A stretch of 64,000 bases of DNA from Eledone cirrhosa (GCA_964016885.1 OZ024742.1:51088001-51152000), one strand, 5' to 3'. Counted from the stretch's first letter, positions 1 to 14,440 are shown. The notes: generated from the letters alone by a model not told the origin. A program made the numbers and translations.

Positions 1-1440
1 TGGAATAGTCTATACCTGAGTCTTTGAGGGGCCATACCTGGCTCGTGAGTATCATGGCTGATCGTTTGTCCGGGTACCTAAAGGTCGACTGCTGGTTCAG
101 AAAGCGTTCCTTAAATCGGCCCTCTGCTATACCCATATAGGATTTGGCCTCCTGTGGTTGATTTGGGAGGTTGGAAGTGACCACAGCTTCATAAACTACA
201 GTGTGTGTGTTGCATTGCTGTTGAAGGTGACAAGCTTCAGGCTTTCGGCACGAGCATTCTTGTGGGATGCCTCTCTTAGGACTGTTGGTGATGTGAGCCT
301 TCATATTCCTAGCGCAGGAGTACTCTAGTTTTACTCTGTGTCTGTTAAAGATGGAGCGGTATTTGTGACATATGGGAAAGTGTTAATCTAAGAGGGCTAA
401 AAAAGTGTTTCCTACATTAGGTTTAACGTTGAGTAAGAAGGGATGAGAGAACCAAATAGTTTGTCTATTATTACGATTTCTTTTCTTATTTCTGTTGTTG
501 TTAGTGGGTGAGTATGTAATTGGTGGCGAGAAGCCACAGTTGGCTGAAGCCGTGTTATAGTAGGGTGCCACTCTCTCAAATATAGCCTTATTAGAGGAGA
601 GGTTAGAGATTCTAGTACTGATATTATTTACGAAGTTTCTAAAAACAGTTAGCATGAGTACTTGTGTATGTAATTAAATTGTTCGTTTAACTTATGGAAG
701 GGTCTGAAGGTATGTGTGCGAAGGTCTAAATTAATGTCTCAGAAATCTACACTAGAGAGGTTGGTAGCTACTGTTATCCTATGTCCTAACACATTAATGG
801 AAGATGTTAAGAATTTTTGAAACCGATCCAGGTCGTGACCACCTTTATGGCTCGATAAGGTCAGGCCATCTTCGCGGTATATTCCCGGCAATCTAATACG
901 TAATATGTCTAAAATGAATAGGCCAACTAAATCTCATATGTCAGCACTGTCAAACGATCCCATGGAGACGTTGAAAAGTTCTGAAGTGGCTGGCTTCTTT
1001 GCCCAGGCTACTCCATTTTTGAAGAGGAGGGTTTTCCGGCAGTGTGCGATGATCTCCCTGTCTAAAACCTAGCGGTAGTGTAAGTGTTAGCAAAGTCCAA
1101 CACTTTGTTTAACAGGGTCTCTGAGATCGACGGGTAAAAATCTACAATGTCGAATTGCGTGAACGTCGCTGTTTTGGAGTTGAAGGTGTTAAATCACTTA
1201 ATGACAGAGTTGCTGTTCTACCAATGGGCCAGGTTCGACTTGGTCCTAATGGTTTTAACTATGTTTCTAAGTATAGCCTTACTGACTAGTCCCATTTTGT
1301 GTGTGCCGGGTTTAGTAGTCTACACGTGTGATTAGAATCAAAGTCTATCTTGTGATCCTTCAGGGCGAGAAACGCTTCACGCTTAGCTAAGGATTGGTAC
1401 TTCTTATCTACCTTAAGGGCGGCAGCAAGATCTTAAAAGT
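1..1440 (-). mobile_element. Penelope-like element, Naiad-type, degenerate RT plus GIY-YIG (runs off the window start)
   Basis: Minus-strand translation gives QFDIVDFYPSISE (~1120-1158), FNVSMGSFDSADI (~940-978), GIYREDGL (~865-887), then ECSCRKPEAC..VVYEAVV and SYMG (GIY-YIG). YRDDG and MGSxD-type RT motifs are characteristic of Naiad/Chlamys PLEs. Stops and frameshifts present. Confidence 0.85.
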
Positions 1441-2340
1441 AATGTAGGAAAGACATTTTTAGCCCTCCTAGGTAAACACTTTCCCATATGTTACAAATAC
1501 CGCTCCATATTTAACAGACACAGCGTAAAACCTGAGTACTCCTGCACTAAGAATATGAAGGCTGACATCACCAACAGTCCTAAGACAGGCATCCCACAAG
1601 GATACTCTAGGCCGAAAGCCTGAAGCTTATCCCCTTCATCAGTAACACACCCGCTGTAGTTTATGAAGCTGTGGTCACTTCCAACCGATCAAATCACCCA
1701 TAGGAGGCCAAATCCTATGTGGGAATGGCGGAGGGCCGATTTAAGGAACTCTTCCTGAACCATCGGTCGACCTTTAGGTACCCGAACAAACAATCAGCCA
1801 CGAAACTCGTGAGCCACGTATGGTCCCTCAACGTCTCAGGTATAGACTATTCCATTCAATGGAAAGCCCTCATTAAGTCCAAGCCATATGCTAAGGGCAA
1901 TCTATCGTGTGGACTTTGTATTGAGGAATGGATAAATATTCTAAGGATATTACGCAATAGCGATTGCTTAAATTCAAGACATGAAATCTCACGTTTTCCA
2001 CATGTCTGGAAACACATCTTGCATGACTACAAAGCTCCGAATTGAATAACAATAACATTCTATTACTCTGATCTACTCGAACATTTTTGCAATTATCTCC
2101 CTTACACCTTTTGCTCGTGGCTTTGTATCGCTTGGGTGAAGTGACAGTTTCTGCGCATGCGCGTTCCTGTGGTTGTTCTTCCTGTTCCGTATAACCATGA
2201 CCAGTACGAGCTGAAGATCCGCTAAGGTAAAACAATCGGTCTCGGAATGGTGATCTAATTGGTGTGTTCCCACTTTCACTTAACTCGTCCCATGGACTGA
2301 GTGCTCTACCACCTCGGATATTACCTTCCAGTGTTCTACC
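1441..2340 (+). mobile_element. Inverted copy of the 3' part of the same Naiad PLE: GIY-YIG C-terminus, 3' UTR/pLTR, ending at (TA)n
   Basis: 1441-1853 aligns with the reverse complement of ~1-425. ORF 1719-2045 has GRFKE..NH, CGLCIEE and LNSRHEI motifs. Hammerhead-like core at 2211-2233, followed by a TA tract. Confidence 0.85.
2205..2245 (+). ncRNA. Degenerate minimal hammerhead ribozyme in PLE 3' end
   Basis: CTGAAGA-TCC-GCTAA-GG-T-AAAAC; the GAAAC core is mutated to AAAAC. Homologous to the intact core at 36025-36048. Confidence 0.5.
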
Positions 2341-2372
<32 letters not shown>

Positions 2373-2435
2373 CATATGTGTGTATGTTTATACGTGTGTA
2401 TGTATCGAATATCTATCTATCTATCTATCTATCTA

Positions 2436-2960
2436 TCTTCAAAAACGAAGGAGAGGCGGTGTTTCTGTGCGTAATAGCCATGGCGAAAGAGGTTGTATGG
2501 TGGACGCGTCTGAAAGGACTGAGGTCAGACACCTTTCTCTCTGGCCAACAACTGGTCCGTTTCTTCCGATATCATTTCGGAAGAAGGATCAGGATGGAGA
2601 GAGAGGTGCTGCACCCCAGCCGTTTCTATGAAAGATGGGTGAAAGTGGCGAGAATGGCCCGTGTGAATGGGCCTTCACTCTACATCAGACTACAGGTGAG
2701 GAAGATGAAAGACCAAGGGAGCACCCCTCCTCTGTGCTCCTGAGGAGAAGGGTTGCACACTTTTTTCGGGGGTGTGTGCGACCCCCCCAAGGCGCCTCCT
2801 CTCTATTGAGGACTCTGTTATAAATTTTATTTTTTGTTATATTTTATTTTATTTTGATATATTGTTATTGCCTCCTCCTTATTGAGGACGCCTTGTTTTG
2901 TAAACTCCCCCCACTGTACTTGTCCCACTTTTGATGCCCTGGTGGCAAATAAAAGAAACA
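2436..2960 (+). mobile_element. Tx1/L1-clade LINE, 5'-truncated 3' fragment
   Basis: FKNEGEAVFLCVIAMAKEVVWWTRLKGLRSDTFLSG closely matches the C-terminus of the Tx1 copy in ORF 40150-40722. 3' UTR carries AATAAA near 2948. Flanked by ATCT and TA microsatellites. Confidence 0.85.
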
Positions 2961-2993
2961 TATCTATATCTATATATATATATATATATATAT

Positions 2994-3040
<47 letters not shown>

Positions 3041-5394
3041 TTCGATACATACACACATATAAACATACACACACATATGCATAGATATATATTTGTTCAT
3101 ATGAAATACCATGTTTTAAGATATTTCAGATACAAAATATTACTATACCCAATTGTTATGTTGTCTTTTTTATGTTCTTTACACTTTATTTACAAGAATA
3201 AAGACCCTAGCTACGTCCCTGTTTTAAACGTATCTATTTCTTTTTCTATAGGTGGTTTGTATTATCCGCTACTATTACAAATTGTTGGAAAATTGGTTAG
3301 ACTACTTCTCTAGTTGTTAATCAAATACACCATTTGTATTCTTTAAACGTCGTTTTTTTTTTCAAATATATCGGCACTTCCTCATCATTTGCCATACGAC
3401 ATGTATATATTTCTTATGGTATGAGATGATCAAAATTCTCATAATAATATTTATGTAACAGAAATGTGAAGATATATTGAAGCCAGTTAGGAAATAATTT
3501 GTTGCATATTAGATGTTTGCCTTCTGTAATATTTGTAGATTAATAAATAGCGTCCACAAATTGATGCATATTAAACTCTGTTACATGTATTGTAGTATAA
3601 TGAGTAGAGTACTAGCTCAACCATTTTCTACAAGATATGCAGCCACTTAATAAACATCACCTACATATATTCGTAGACCACTATGTTTTTCATCAACATT
3701 GACATATCGATTGTAATATAATCAATAGGATCCTGTTCATGCGTAGAAAATATTTATGATTGATGAAACCTTCGGAAAACCTGTTATTAGTATGGCTGCA
3801 TTAGATAGTAGATAAAGAGTAGGAAGTCTGTATTTTAAAGCTTCGCTGTTTCTGTCACTCTGTTGTCTAATTTATGTACACCTAATTACACATAGTTTAA
3901 TAAGGTGTGTAATTGTCTGAGCAAATGCCACGTTACCATTTTGATCTTAGCCTTAAGATATTTAAACTCTCTTTGACCGTACATGTCCAGCACAATATAT
4001 AATTATTAACGCCAACAAATAAGCTCCATCTGAGCGCTGTTATAACCGAACCAATAATGCCTTAGAGAAATGTATAACAATATAGGAAACGTAAATTGAT
4101 CATGGCATAAATCATAATGTGATTAATAAATCAAATTGGTATATATCTCAACATGCTTTAACATAATACATTTAACATGGGTTTCATAATTAAATATCAT
4201 GTGAGATGCATGAATGAAAGAACGTGAATTTAAAATGTGTAAATCTACTCAATAAATACTTGCTTAATCTTTCTTTAAAAATGTTTGTGTTTTGAAATTT
4301 CAATTTCTTGTAAAACTAATTTCGATAGCATTAGTTCATATATCAATCATTTGCATTTTCCTCGATATCTGTGACCAATTAGGTGGCTCACAACACTGGT
4401 TATTTATTGCTCCACTTTTCAAATATATAAAGAGGAATCAAACAGCAACAACAAAAAATCAAGAGGAGAGATAATTGACAAATTTATGGGTAAGTCTGAG
4501 TCTTTTAAAGTTGTCGAGTTAGGAATAAAGATGGAAAGTTAAGTGTACTCACATACCAAAAAAAAGTAGTAAAAAACAATATAAGAGAATTTAAAAATAT
4601 GTTTTCCAGCCACCAGGCATCAAAGATTACAAGGGAAATGTTTGCAAAATATTGAAAGATTATATTTATTGGCATAAAAGGGTGTGCTTAAAAGCTATTT
4701 TAATAATGTATACCATCAAACGTTGATGGCAATTTTAGGAAGGTTTTGGCAGCATCCGTCAAAGTAGATTCATCTTTAAATAGCGTAGGTGCGTATCACA
4801 CACGTTTATATATGCGGCATTGCTTTTGCGCGCGTGTGAATGAAGATGACACGCGCTCGTGCGAGTGTGTTTGTGTAAGTGTTACAGGCTAACAAACATT
4901 TTAGTGAGATTTGTCTGTATCTGCACTATGTTACAGCGTATTTTACCAAACAACAGTTCTTTGAGGAATTATAATTAAAATATTGTAGTGAAAGGGAATC
5001 TCTTTAATCTAATACGTAATTTTTTTAATTTTTCTCTTTACACAAAACCTATCTATAGCGTCATGTGCCGTTATTGTTTTGCAAGGCATTTGTGGATAAT
5101 AAAGAAATTATTATAACTCTCATCAGCGTTATAATCTTCACTATCACTTAAATAATTATTCATTCTTCTTTTCGGAGTTTGTAGAACATATTGCCTTGTC
5201 ATTACCTACGAATTGGGACAGAAGAAAGTGAGTGTATTGCATAAATACACCTTATGTACAGAACGAAATATATGCTTTTATAAGTAATTTGCCATTGAAT
5301 ATATATGATTTACTACGTGAATGATTTACAGGTAGTCTAATTAATGTTTCGTTTGAAAGATGATGATTAATTGCCAGAATGTGTAGAACCACGT

Positions 5395-5570
5395 ATAAAA
5401 TGCCATTGCTGGTCTCTTTTACATTCTGCGTCCAAATCCCACTGAGATCAATTTTGCTTTTCATCCTTCAGTGTCCATAAAACATAGTATCAGTCAAGTA
5501 CATTGGTTGATTTAATTACGTTTCAGCTTCTCCGGTATTTTTTGGTTTTGTGTCTAAATTAGAAATCAAT
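5395..5570 (+). mobile_element. Degenerate tRNA-derived SINE
   Basis: Matches the family core ...caaatcccactgagatcaattttgcttttcatccttc...ataaaa...gtatcagtcaagtac, repeated elsewhere in the window. Confidence 0.6.
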
Positions 5571-7250
5571 ATTTAATTTGGGAGTGCTCTTCGTACGACG
5601 TGTGAATTGATACTCAATATTATTTTTTTAATATCTTAAATAGGTGGGCCACCTGGGAACTTGCTATGATCTGTCCATTCCTTTCATATTGTAATGATGT
5701 TATTATTTCCAGACATTTGTATTTACTTAGATTTTCCAATATTTTCCCTGATCTGCCTGGTGATATCGGGTCTATTTTCTTGAATTCTCCGATCTGTGCT
5801 AACTGGGAAATTCCAAATTATTGTTACGATTTCCTCGTCTGAGTGATTTCTGTAGCTGTTGGTGGTTGGTTTGTATGTTGTATTGATTCCATAGATTCCA
5901 GTGCAGGTAGTAGCCGAATATGCCAGAGTGAATCTCTTAATCATTTTAGGTCAGTTCGGATATCTGGATATATTGTTTTGGTATTCAATATGTTGATCAC
6001 AAAGCCTGCATTTTGTGTCTGCACCGTTTCTTAAAGGTTTGGCCATGGTTAACAAGCTTTAGTTACGTGCTACCATTATGGCTCCTTCTTTCTCCGTTTT
6101 ATTTCAGAAGTTGTCCATCAATGCTGTTTTCATTTTTGATATATAACAACCATATTCCCAAATATGTAGTCTCCATACAATGACTTATTTTCACCTCAAT
6201 CACTTATTTTTATCGTGACTTGAAATTTCGCTAGCTATTTGATGTTTTTGCTTCGCAGAGCGCCAGGTCTTCCATGTCTCTCACATATTTCTATGTGTAT
6301 ATTGAGGTGAATGGTTTATTTGTTATATTATTATGAATTCGTGATTTTGAACCATGTTACAAGACCTTATCTTCTGTGAGCTCTAGTTATTTAAGTATCC
6401 TTATTGTACCTGTATCAATCGAATGTTGCAGTCGTGTCCGCTCCCTCCTTAACGTATCCTGTTACATGTGTGATTTTCTAGTGTGGGTGCACATTTTGTT
6501 GTCAAAGATTACCTCGTTTTACTGCATAGATATTTCAGGTATTACGGTTGGCTCTGCCTTACGTCAATGTTTGAATATTATGTCAGTAGTTGACTATATC
6601 TAAAACCAAACTTATGTATTTTGTCTTTATCTGGGTTTAGGTGCCTTTCTTGGAGCTTCTTCTGTTGTTACATTTGCCATTCCCTTTGTTTCAGTTTTTC
6701 AGTTTGATGTATGTCCATTCAGAGTTTCGATTGTGATGTTATTTAGTTCCAGAAGATGTTAATACATAATTGTTTACCTTGCTCAGTAGTTGGTATTTTG
6801 TCAGCACCTATTAGCCTTTGTCCGACAAACATCAATTTCCAATATTTTGTGTTGCCTCAAAAATGTGATTCTTCATCTTGTACCGTCTCACACGTTGGCG
6901 TTGACTTCTATTTCTGTTTAAACAGTTATTTGATTGATGGCATTTCTCGTCCTCAAACCCGGGCTCTAGATGTGTTCCTTCAAAAATCGATATTTCACCT
7001 CTTATGAGATCAATATATGCTTCGATTTTCCTTCTTATGTTATTTTTTGCTACATAATTCTGTCTCATTTTATTTATTTATTGATAACTGAAAATGTTTG
7101 CAGTTGATTCTATTCTGAAGGGCTAATTATTCCTGTGTTGAGATAAGGTTTGATCGCAACATATCATATCAGGAAAAAAAGATTGTTTATGTTGTTTGTG
7201 AATTTTGTTAGCGATACCTGTTGTCGTGGTTCTTCCGAGCAAGCATCTTA
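5570..7250 (-). mobile_element. R4/Dong-type RLE LINE, degenerate and internally deleted
   Basis: Minus ORFs contain IIWNFPVSTDRRIQENRPDI (restriction-like endonuclease) and an N-terminal region (ORF 6832-7068). The RLE motif resembles the copies at 44140-48885. Confidence 0.7.
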
Positions 7251-7425
7251 CAATCTGACACGAAATGTATTACTGCCTGTTATATTTCGCCACACACCTG
7301 AAATAGAACAAGGAAGAACTTCCTGATATATATATATATATATATATTTACATCTTCTAATCTAGTTCTGATTGCTTGGTTCAGAGCATGTACGATTAAA
7401 TGGTGTCTCATTCGATAAACCACAC

Positions 7426-7462
7426 ATACTAGCTAGAAGAAAGCCCGCTCACCGCGGCCTGG
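7426..7462 (-). mobile_element. Possible Helitron 3' terminus
   Basis: Minus strand reads a GC hairpin CCGC-GGTGA-GCGG followed about 12 nt later by CTAGT, the usual Helitron end geometry. No body identified. Confidence 0.3.
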
Positions 7463-7890
7463 AACAGGCTTATATGGCAGAATGATGGTCCATATTCAAC
7501 AAACTAGTTATTTCACTGTCGGAAACGCAACATTGAGTGAACGCACTGAAAAATACAGAGCAGGAAGATAGACACGATATCTATGTTCAGTGTGTGGGCA
7601 AAATAGGGAGGTTTTCATGAGGTCAAAGTAGTAATTATTATAAAATTAAGAGGTGAAAATAGAGGGAAAAATAGAATGTTGTTTACTGGAAATATAATAA
7701 CGTCACACGGCAAAGTAAACAAGACATGATCTATGGAAGGAAATATAGGTTGAGGGTGCTTGATGATGTTATAAACCTTCGAAAGATGAAGAGTGGGACC
7801 AGTTTCAGAGAGGGTCATTTTAATTATTTCTAAATATATATGTGAATACATGCATGTATATGTGTGCGTTTGCGTGCTCGTTTGAGTGTG

Positions 7891-8170
<280 letters not shown>

Positions 8171-8535
8171 ATAAAAAAGATGAAATCGAAAATGCAACTC
8201 CAGTCTTATTTAAAAAAATATATATATATTTATTTGGTTCCTTTACCGGTTTCGCAGTTCTTCTGCTTTTCAAAAGTAGAGTTGAGATGGAGGATCTGTG
8301 GATTTTCTCCCATCAGATGTGAGAAAAACCACACACCCTCCATTTATGTATGCTGTGTGTTGTTGACACAACAGACAGCATACAAAAACAAGATGGAGAG
8401 GGACAAAATAAGAACCTCGTGACTGAGGAGGTCACACAATGTGTGACAAAAGTGATTTGACAATATATAGACAACCTTCAGGTTATTGCACCAACCAGCC
8501 CACCCGAAATTTATAATAAATGACGTCCCAAAGTA

Positions 8536-8540
<5 letters not shown>
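8171..8540 (-). mobile_element. PLE 3' remnant (Neptune-like) with degenerate hammerhead, between TA tracts
   Basis: Minus strand: IYYKFRVGWLVQ*PEG resembles the GIY-YIG C-terminal IFxLGTLxPxG motif. Then TTGAAAA-GCAG-AAGAA-CTGC-GAAACCGGTA (8273-8244) and AATAAA. Confidence 0.55.
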
Positions 8541-8574
<34 letters not shown>

Positions 8575-9242
8575 GGATGTGTGTGTGTATGAAAAGTGTA
8601 TTAAGAGAGGGAGATAAGAAGAAAGAGAGATCATACATCGATAAAAGTGTCAGCGTCGCATCTACAAACAAATGAATTATATGTATACAATTGTTATGCA
8701 AATATCCTTTCACTTTGAAGGATGATACAACGATCACGTTTATGTTAGCAAATTGTGTTTGGTGCCAACTAACTTGCAGTAAAATCTAATGTTTTAAACT
8801 CTATGATTTGGTACTTTACACAAAAATAATATCTTCCACCTCATCAAAATAAACTATGATATTGTTTTCTCTTCCCCTTTCATATAATTTTAGAAGACAA
8901 AGGATCAACGTTTGTTTTTGGTTTTTTTTCAATTTCCTTTACTTTATTCTGCACTGTGTTCTACATTTCTCGTTCAATTGATGTCTATTTTACATCTGAG
9001 CAAAAAGCAAAGAATAGTTGTTTATTACAAGGCCGATTCTTTTTGTTTTCCTGTGTGTACTTTGCATATGCTTTATTTAAAAATAACATGAATACCGTAA
9101 CTTGAAAGTGTTTTGAAGGCACAAAACAAAAAAGCAACAAAATAAGGAATTTAATCAATTAAAATGATTATGATTTGATAGATCTCGTTTAATGCCGGTT
9201 AAACAGCACTTAGTTCTCTTTTAATAATTTACTTATAAATAA

Positions 9243-9420
9243 TTGTTTCTACCTTTAGCACAAGGCCAGCAATTGCCCAGACTATTACTGGTACTTTATT
9301 TTATTGACCCCGTAAGGATGAAAGGCAAAGTTAACCTCGACGTGATTTGAACTCAGAATGGCAAGGGCCGTAACTCTATGCGTCAAAGCATGGCGTCCGA
9401 CCCTCTACCGATACTGCCAT
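9243..9420 (-). mobile_element. tRNA-derived SINE
   Basis: tactggtactttattttattgaccccgtaaggatgaaaggcaaagttaacctcg..gatttgaactcag; reverse complement contains B box GAGTTCAAATC. Near-identical copies at 32403, 49855, 61150 and 61330. Confidence 0.85.
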
Positions 9421-9929
9421 TTATAAATAATGTGGAAGAAAAGCAAAAATAAACATATAGAAAAATACTGAAAACTTTCTTCTACAATGTTTTAATGCTT
9501 GTCCGGAATGAATTACTAAGTAAACATAAATACTCTGTGTATCATTTCATGAACCAGCATTGTTTTAGTAAGCTTTTCTGTTTCATAATACATTTAATCG
9601 ATATTCTATCTGAAAACCTAGATTGATTCGATGTAACATTTTCCACATTTTTGTTATCTATAATTCCGAAATATTTTATCTAGAAGGATACACGAATCCA
9701 GATAGTTGTAGGAATAGTTATCGGATGATTAATATCAATGATGTTAGACCTTACTGCAGTAATGGAATATTTTCTTCTCAAAATGTGGACATATTGAAGA
9801 ATGAACAACGGTTCCGCCTCTTTATGGTTTGGAGAAACAAGAAACGGCCTCACCAACAGGTCATTCTTGTCTGTCACTAGAGATTTTAATATCGGTAGAA
9901 AGGAATGATATATCGGCAAATCACTAAAG

Positions 9930-10045
9930 CAGCGTGAAATAAATTGTTTTCCTCAAGAATGCAACGTGCCGTGTATTGTGGGCAAGAATCGTACTCATGA
10001 CGTTACGATCGAGAAATCAACAAACTCTGCCCTAAGAAACCCGCC
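9930..10045 (-). mobile_element. Degenerate SINE of the second family
   Basis: gaaataaattgttttcctcaagaatgcaacg is the reverse complement of the core seen at 14520-14545. Confidence 0.45.
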
Positions 10046-10249
10046 TTCATAAAAGTAGTAATGCATCATAAATCTGGAACACCAAATTCAGACGAAAACT
10101 CATCTCTAATTGTGCGTACCCATAGTATATGCTCCCGTCGACAGGTATCGACTAAGTAAACACATAAATTTAAAATAAATAAAGGCATATTATATTCTAT
10201 GTGTTGTGTCATTTTCGCGAGCGCTTTCAGGTTTTATAGTATTTATCAC

Positions 10250-10810
10250 ATTAGTGCCCATCGATCAAGTGCTGACCAGTTATAATATACAACTCTGCCA
10301 ATTGTATGTTTCTCCCGGCTTCCTCAGCTATGAGAAGGACGAACACATGAATCCAGATGCCAATCGAAGTAATCTTGGATGATAGTAGTTTTCCCCACGC
10401 TCCATATGTAAAACAGTTATGAAGCGAAATTTTACAGATTGACTCGAATATTTCATTCGCTGCAAGACGATACAACAAGCTAAAACGTGACTTATAAAAC
10501 TTATAGAGCAAAGGAACTGCTGCGAGTTCCAATGGAGATAGATGCCCGAATGAGACGCAAGATAGCGATGACACTCGGAGTTGAAAGTGCTCAAAGAGAA
10601 AGACACGCTTATGGACAGAAAAATAAGATGGAGAAGGGCTACAATACATCTTATACCATTACATGTTTAAGATTATTAGAGAGGCTCAATCCTCCGCTTA
10701 GTAAATATTGGTGTAAGCTACATTAAGGTGAATTTAAGAAAGTACAGAAGCATGTGAAGAGAGATAATATTACAGCAAATGACGTATTACGGGATGTAGG
10801 AGTGTAACTA
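10250..10810 (+). mobile_element. Highly degenerate RTE-like LINE RT C-terminal fragment
   Basis: Translates to SEILQIDSNISFAARRYNKLK and CLRLLERLN, similar to RTE EIxxRIxxAxxAFxxL and HLRLLERFH. Many stops. Confidence 0.4.
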
Positions 10811-12683
10811 TTGAAAATTCTCGTTTTACGTTATAATCGATATCTGAATAAGGAAAGATATCTCTGTAAGTGTGTGCGATTGACGTCATAATTTATAAGG
10901 TAGATAAGGAAGATCTTATAAACTAACACTAAACATATATCCTATTTAACCTCTACTATATATTTACATATGTTATATTAACTAGACAAACTAACCCACC
11001 CCAGGGTCAACAGTGAGCAGGCGGGGTTTTTAGAAAATACAGCACATAAATGTATATATTCCGCCTAGCAGAGTTTATAGAACGAGCGATAGATTACTAT
11101 GTGCCTTCGCAAATTACAGAAACAAATTTTGAATGCATTGAGGTGGATGTCGTGCTGAAACTTTGCAAAGACTAGCACCACAATACCATTCACAGATCAG
11201 GGAAGAATATCCAGATGTTAAACTGATATAGATGAACAGGCCCTACCCGTAAGAAATCATCTCTCTATACCTCTTCAACGCAAGGTCTCGAAATAGAAAT
11301 GACTGGGCCTTGTAGAAACTACAGATACGCTGCAGACAATAGTAACACAGATGAACACATTGTTCTATAGTGTGCCTGAAATAAGTCACATTGATACCAA
11401 TTATATGCTATCCGAAAACAGATGTAATTGTACAATGTGTCTGTGTTTACTGTACGCGTGTCCAATATCTCCATCTGTCTCAATACTTATTTGAGTGTGT
11501 AGTACAATCGTACTTCAGCAAATATTTATAATTATACTTCTTCATAAATATACTGTTACCTTTAATCTATATCGACTAACCATTCGGAAAAAAACTACTA
11601 TCCTTCCGCATCAACCTAGCAATTTAAAAGCAATATATCTCCACTTAATATTTATTTCTATTTGTTTAACACATTATAGTTAATGAAATTAAGACATATT
11701 CGAATTGTAATATTTCATTTGGAAATTACTATCGAAAGAAAGCAAAATTTTTAGGAATCCATAAAACCTGAAATTAAATTCTGGGACACTAAAATATCGA
11801 CATACATTTATCTGACGACTAACAGACGTTTGTATTTTATATAACAATATATGTACGGACACATTTTGTTTTACATATATACACATCCCCGCCTGAACAC
11901 AACGTGTGTGTGTATGGCTGAAAAGCATATAAACTGCACGAATTATATCGTTTATTTAGGCGTGTTTTTACTCCAGAATCTATAAGTAATATTTTGTCTC
12001 TGATATCAATAATGACCTGACAAGAATGAATGAAAATACTGGAATTTTAACATATATACAGAGATTATATTCATATTTATCCAATAATGGCCTTCAATCC
12101 CCTCGAAAATGGGTCTACAAGAATTCTTATATATAGTTATATATACAAACTAAGGGGCATATAAAACAAACACAATGGAAAAAAACAATGGAGTGACAGA
12201 CAATATATATATAATGTACTAAATATGAAAAATATTTCGCAAGTATATATAAATGCTTGGAACACTCCAATTTTAATTTGAAAATGATCCTAACAACGAT
12301 AATCTTACGAGATACATTGCTTGGAATAAATATATATTTATTTGCATCGAAATAAGATAAATTACTAACTATCGAAAAAGATATTACAATTTGATACCGT
12401 GAATATTGCACAGCAACTATAATTTAGCGTTTCAACTGAAATTCGCCAACTTGATTCCCATACAATAATACACATTTAAAGATAGAGGGTTACATGTCGT
12501 CAATTGATTACACATTGTGGCATAAAGTCAGTCGGGTTGATGTAAATAAAGACTGAAACGAAACTGTATATCCAAGTGAATAACTCTTTCTCAGTCCTAC
12601 TTGTTTTCAAGACTATTATATTGATCAAAATATATACAAATCGACATCGTTTTACAAAGCGAAATATACACACCTCCAACAAT

Positions 12684-12895
12684 GTATGTATATATATGCA
12701 TATGTGCGTGTATGTGTGTGTGTATGTGTGTGCGCGCGCGCGTGCGTTTGTGTGTGTGTGTGTAATATATGTATATGTGTGTGTGTGTGTGTGTGCGTTT
12801 GTGTGTGTGTGTGCATATATATGTGTGTGGGTGTGTGTATTTCTATACATATATGTATATGTATATATGTGTGGGTGTGGTTGTGTGCATATATA
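12684..12895. repeat. (TG)n/(TA)n compound microsatellite
   Basis: Direct inspection. Confidence 0.9.
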
Positions 12896-13929
12896 TTATT
12901 TGCCCTTACAGAGAAAGAAGCAACGCAATAATGGAGTAAATAACCAAAATCAATACGAAGATGTACAAAGAGATGTGAATAATTATCGAGACGATCAAAG
13001 AATATGTGACACATAAGATTTGCCAAACAATCGTTGACTACATAACCATCCGGTTACTAAACTGACCGAGGAATCGATTAGTATCCTAACAAATAAGAAA
13101 ACCGAAGTGAAATTTAACTGATACGCGTTTGTAAAAGAACTACTGTATCTATATCCACAAAACATGCAAAGATATACTTACACAAACTGGTACACATAGT
13201 CAGATGAAGATGAAAATAAAGATGAAAATCTCACATATACATGTTAAGAGATTTTGAAGAAGGTCATAAACAGTATTAGTTTCATGGTAATATACTAACG
13301 TACACTATTTTGAATTTAAGCTGTCATTTACGCGTGTCAGTTAACAATTCCCTGAATAATATTTTGCGAAAATCTTTGCGTTGTAATGAGGAGATTAAGA
13401 CGGAAATCATTTTTAGTCTAGATATAGGGTGTTATAACTGACTAGTTTTACCGGTAATGGCTTATGATAGACCAAAGCTAGTGAAAAACAGCTACAGATT
13501 CAATCTGTTTTGAAATGATACGAGTGATTCAGAGCAAACAATTACTTAGTTTTAATCGATAGCACGAAAACTTCGTTATTATTATTATTATTTTTTTTTT
13601 AATCAAATATCACGTTCATAGAGATAAAGCTTGTGCAAGTAAAGTTAAAATATTATAATAACATAGGTATGTGAGAGTATGGCTACATGTGGACGAATGT
13701 GTTTGTGTGTACATATGCATATGTCCAGAAACATATCAGAATAGCAAAAAGTATAAACTGGTGTCGTTAGGCTCGGCTATGCCCCTTTTAAAGGGGGCTC
13801 CAACGTAACTTCAGCCTATTGATTGAAAAGCTTTGCAAGAGTAAAATAATATATGAATACACACATACATGTACACGTACAAACACACACAAGCATACAT
13901 ATATATGCGAATCTCGATAATTTATGTTT

Positions 13930-14438
<509 letters not shown>

Positions 14439-14440
<2 letters not shown>

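Noticed and set aside
3400-4200. Possible Helitron Pif1 helicase relic (KIFMIDETFGKP, IFKLSL)
   Set aside because: Similarity is too weak and broken by stops to support without a profile search.
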